A DNA stretch of 64,000 nt from contig CAVNZM010000009.1 in assembly GCA_963693365.1 (NCBI GenBank), forward strand, positions 1,428,231 through 1,492,230, read 5' to 3'. The DNA comes from Amoebidium appalachense (taxonomy: Eukaryota > Protista > Ichthyosporea). This document shows positions 56,124 through 64,000 of this stretch, piece by piece. Both the position numbers and the translations under genes were made by a program. The notes under the pieces are model-generated. The model had not been told where the DNA came from, made no database searches, and worked only from the letters and a program-made list of their open reading frames with translations. The first letter of the stretch is position 1; every line of letters starts with the position of its first letter.

Positions 56124-56582
56124 GGTGGGGGGGGGGGGGGGGGGGGGGGGGGGATGACACCCCTACCCGGTTAGTCTCACATGCAAATGTCAGGCGATGG
56201 ACATGGAGGTGCCCCCTCCCCCCCCCCCCCCCCCCCCCCAAACCTTACACGGGTGCGTGCGCCCCCCCCCCCCCCCCCCCCCCCCCCACACACACACAGG
56301 GCACACGTGTGCACAGGCGGGCGCGCACACACACACACATACCCCCCCCCCCCCCCCCCCCCCCCCCCCACACACACACCCACACCAGACACACGCCCAC
56401 ACCACACCCACACCCACACCCACACCACACACCGGCGTGCTTGCCTTGTCTTCCAAGAAACCCCGCAACATAACCCACCAACTCATCTCTCAGTTTAACC
56501 TCCCGAACCCATCATCGGCGTTAGTTCTATTATGTGCATTGTGTGTGTGTGTGTGTGTGTGTGTGGGAAAATGTGTCTGTGT

Positions 56583-56613
<31 letters not shown>

Positions 56614-56629
56614 GGGGGGAGAGTGTCTG

Positions 56630-56664
<35 letters not shown>

Positions 56665-57255
56665 CTGTGTGTTTGTGTGCATGTGCCCACCTGTTCATCC
56701 TGCACTCCAGATACTCCTTGGACACCTCTCTGCATGCATTGTTGTCATAGCGGTGTGTCTTTAAGCATGCCAAATACTTCTCCTTAAAGGACTTGCATGC
56801 ACCTGCAGAATGGTCCAATCATCAGGCCCGATAGGCACAAGAGACTTGCTAGACAACCATTTGAGGGCTAGTCACAGTCAAGGAAAGCCCCCTTCCAAAA
56901 CATCGATTGAAGGTAGAAGTATCATGGCCCATTGTTTGATTAACGGACATATTTCCATGTGTGTGGGATGTAGCATATACCCCACCACCTAAACAACAAA
57001 ATTAAAAAAACATCTCCACACCCACGTTCTCAGACAACATAATGCTGTGCCTTACCACTAACAGTGCTGCCCCAAACTCATTTTCATCACAAGAAAAATT
57101 AGAATACGTGCACCCGCGGAAGCGGTCTATGGTCCAAGCAAACAGCGAGGAAACAACTCACATGAGTTCCTGTTGGAACCAATTTCATGTACCTTTCCAA
57201 CCCCCCCCCCCCCCTCCTCCTCCTCCACCCCCTCCCCCCGGGCCTCCCCTCCCCT

Positions 57256-57298
<43 letters not shown>

Positions 57299-57849
57299 AA
57301 AAAGTTTCTGCTTGCCACCATACTCACAGCCACACTTAATCATCCTACCCAGCCACTGTCAGGAATGTGCAGGCACAATACTGGCCAGGGGACCCACAAA
57401 GACACCCATCCAACCGCACACCCACCTGCTTGGACAACCCCCCCCCCCCCCCCCCAAAAAAAAAAAAAAAACAAAAAAAACAAAAAAAAACCATCATCAC
57501 CACCACCACCCCAGCCCCCCCTCTCCCCCGGTTTCCATCGCCAAATGCAAACGCACACGCACATGCACACACCTACACACACAGCCACCCCTCACACACA
57601 CCCATTTTTCATGCACACCAATGCGCTTGCGCATACACACACACATGCACAAGCCCAACCCACCCAAACACCCACCCGTCCGATACCTACATATCTCCAC
57701 CCACATCCACACCCACACGCACCCACCCACCCACTACACATACTTAAACTTCCCCCTCCCCCTAACATCCCCCCCCCCCCCCCTCCCTCCTCTCCCCCTT
57801 CCTTTTTTTCTTCCTTGCCCCCCCTCCCTCCCCCCCCCCCCTCCGCCCA

Positions 57850-57889
<40 letters not shown>

Positions 57890-57964
57890 ACCTTCGTGGT
57901 CCAAGGGAAAGCTCCCCTTGTCTGGGGGCTTTGCCTGCTGTTGTTTCTGTCCCAGAAAACTCAT
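55601..57964 (-). CDS. COX19: Cytochrome c oxidase assembly protein COX19 (twin CX9C, 96 aa)
   Basis: Exons 57964-57892, 56802-56691 and 55706-55601 give [78 protein letters not shown]...*. It has the [11 protein letters not shown] signature and two CX9C motifs. Confidence 0.95.
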
Positions 57965-59581
57965 CGCGGCAGTGGGCCTGAAAGAACACACAGTCAATGT
58001 TTAAGCAAGTCAGCTTCATTCGTTTTGGCTTCTGCCCCCCCTCCGCCCCCCTCCCCCCCCCCTCCCCCCTCCCCCTTCTTCCCCAAAAGAACTGCTTCAT
58101 GTTGTTCGTCGTAAGTGTGTGCTGCACACTTAATCACACATTCTTACCCCCTCTCCCCCCCCCCCTCCCCCCCCCCCCCCCCCCCCCCCTCCACCCGCCC
58201 CTTCCCCCGCCTCCCCATCGGGCACTAAACCCCAAACCAAATCGCTTTCCTAGAAGGACCAACTTGCTTTCTGAACACACATCTTCAAAGCTACCTGCCC
58301 AAATATTCCAACCATCAGAGGGCTCGCAACATTGGGAGATGAAGAGAAGGAGACCTACGGGACACCTACTGCAAAGTGGGGTGCGAACAAAAGAAAACGG
58401 TTTTCCTTTTTTTTTTTTCTCTTTTCTTGAAAAGGGGGAGGGGGGAAGGGGTTGGGGGGGGGGGGGGAGGGGGGAGGGGGAGAGGAGGGGGCGGAGGCCA
58501 GAGGGATGAGGGTGGGAGGGGAAGGTGGGGAGGGGGGCAGAAGAGGGAGAGAGAGACAGACTCGAAGGAGGTGCGGGAGTGTGTGTGCGTGTGTTGCTAT
58601 GGGGTGCATCTTAATGCCTGTATGCATTGCATGAGCGTTGGACTGAGGGGAGTTGGGGAAAGGGGGGGGGAGGGGGGGGGAGGGGGGGGGGGAGGGGGAG
58701 GGGGTGCAGCTGATACAGAGTGAGAATGAACCAACGGAGAGAAGGGAGAGAGAGGGAGGGGGGCAAACCGGGAGATGATGAAGGGAGGAGAGGAAGGTGA
58801 CAAAGACAAAAAAGGGAGCAGGAAAAGGAGAGAGGAAAAGAGTGGGGAGCGAGCGAGGGAGGAAGGGAATAGGGAGGGAGGGAGAGACGGCGAGGAAGGG
58901 AGGGAGGGGAAAGGGAACAAAGAAGCAAGAGACAAATGTTAGCTTAGCCTATGACGCCACAATAAAGGAATACAAGACAAAGCCTCAGGGCGCTGCAGAG
59001 AACCAGCATTCAGCACTGAAAACTTTTGCAACAAGGTTACAGTTAAGATGTTCGGTCAAAAAAGAAAAAAGTTAGCTGCGAACATCTGCAAGTGTTAAAA
59101 GGTGGATGTCAGAAAATGGACACAGTCTAAACACACACCAAAAAAAACACGACGATGAGTAGTATACCTACAAGAAGAAAGGGTTTGTCTCCGTCTCGAC
59201 TTTGTTACGCACTCGGACGTCCCACACACCGCGGCACCTTGTGAACTCGGAGTTTTATGGGTGTGCATGCGGTCGCTGACAACTACGTAACATGGCTCAT
59301 GGCATGGCAGAAGGATAGCATAAATTCCTCATCAGAATAGTGTAATTTACGTGAGAGGAAATTCCAAATTCGGAAAAGGTTAAGGCGGAAGAAACACTTC
59401 CGACTGAGATACAGTAAGGGATTTGAAGTGAATTGCATATGTTTGTGTGTATAGAGAGGAACCTACGTTCATTTGGCGGCATTTTACTGACAATATTAGA
59501 GGGGAACTTGTGGTTGCAGAGTTTTTACTTTTTTCATTTAAATTTTATTTGGGCGGGGGGGGGGGGGGGGGGGGGCGGGGG

Positions 59582-59612
<31 letters not shown>

Positions 59613-59622
59613 CATGCCAAAA

Positions 59623-59664
<42 letters not shown>

Positions 59665-60309
59665 GCGCACACGCGTACCCGGGTATGTGGGTGGTGGCGG
59701 AGGTGGTGAGGGTGGTGTGTGTGTGTGTGTGTGTGTGTTCGTATACGTGTGTACGTGTGTATGTATGTGTACACGTGTGTGTGTGTGTGTGTGTGACTAC
59801 GTATAAAATTGTTTTGGTGTAGATGTTGCCGCAAGAGGGGGAGGGGAGGGGGGGAAGAGGGAGAGGGAGAGGGGAGGGAGGAGGAAGGGGGCTTCGGGGG
59901 GAGGGGGGGAAGAAATCTTTCTCCCAACTGGAGTATGGATGGCTCACGATTGTATTGTGTTGACATTGTAAACGGTTCGTGAGCAAGTTCCGGTGTGTGA
60001 GATTTATGTTAGGTGAAAAATCACGGTGTTTGTACTACTAGAATTCGGCAGTAAGACGAGCGACCTTAACTCGTGCACCTACATCCAAAAACACTGAGAT
60101 ATATCGCTACTGTAAAAAACCGATAACCCACCTAACGCATACAATATCAGTGGGCATCATTGTCTTAACGCTGCTATTTGATTGCATTAAAAGTGTGCTT
60201 GGCTCTATAACTTACTGTCCATGCCCTTAAACCCTTATGCAAAGCTGTATATTAAACTCCAAAACACCGAAGCAATTTATCGGATAAGCATAAACACGGA
60301 AAGGTTACA

Positions 60310-60355
<46 letters not shown>

Positions 60356-60667
60356 TCCAAGTTCAAAAGTCTCATGTGATAACTCAACACCACTGACACC
60401 CCCACCCACCACACCCCTCTCCGAGAGCCTACGATGGCAAACACAGGATTTTTCCACAACACATCAATAATCTGATCAACCACAAAGCATACACACTAAG
60501 CTCTGCCCCCCTCCCCCCCCCCCCCCCCCCCCCTCCCCTCCCCCCTCACTCTCCCCACCACACACACACAAACACAGAAATAAACACATGCAGTAGTCCC
60601 CACACAGTCACGCGTAGCATCTAACCCCACACACCTACACCATACACGTACACACACACACCCACAC

Positions 60668-64000
<3,333 letters not shown>

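Overview
Eukaryotic, intron-rich genomic DNA saturated with (CA)n/(GT)n microsatellites and poly-C/poly-G tracts. A receptor tyrosine kinase beside a flavohemoglobin and other bacterial-type genes suggests a unicellular holozoan such as an ichthyosporean (inference). Nearly all ORFs in the supplied track are repeat artefacts. I rebuilt spliced genes by hand from GT-AG sites, codon-phase continuity and family motifs. In order they are: the 3' end of MSH5 (+), an orphan ORF (-), a 20-exon receptor tyrosine kinase with three Cys-rich ectodomain repeats (-), a small Tma17/Adc17-like gene (-), an intronless DUF547 gene (+), a ProP/MHS-like MFS transporter (-), an RNF220-like RING ligase (+), a flavohemoglobin with a 1-nt frameshift (+), COX19 (-) and the 3' part of TIPIN/Swi3 (-). 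The strongest unexplained signal is a dispersed element family. Its copies share one fixed end (...CGCATTCAAA followed by poly-C), are variably truncated at the other end, sit in poly-C tracts, and one has a Penelope-like pseudo-LTR tandem. Two diverged subfamilies share a ~155-nt RNA structure with compensatory changes and a pseudoknot, a candidate new ribozyme or RT-recognition RNA. Many 3' splice sites also use (CA)n or (C)n instead of a U-rich tract. All calls are by eye; no database search or folding program was run.
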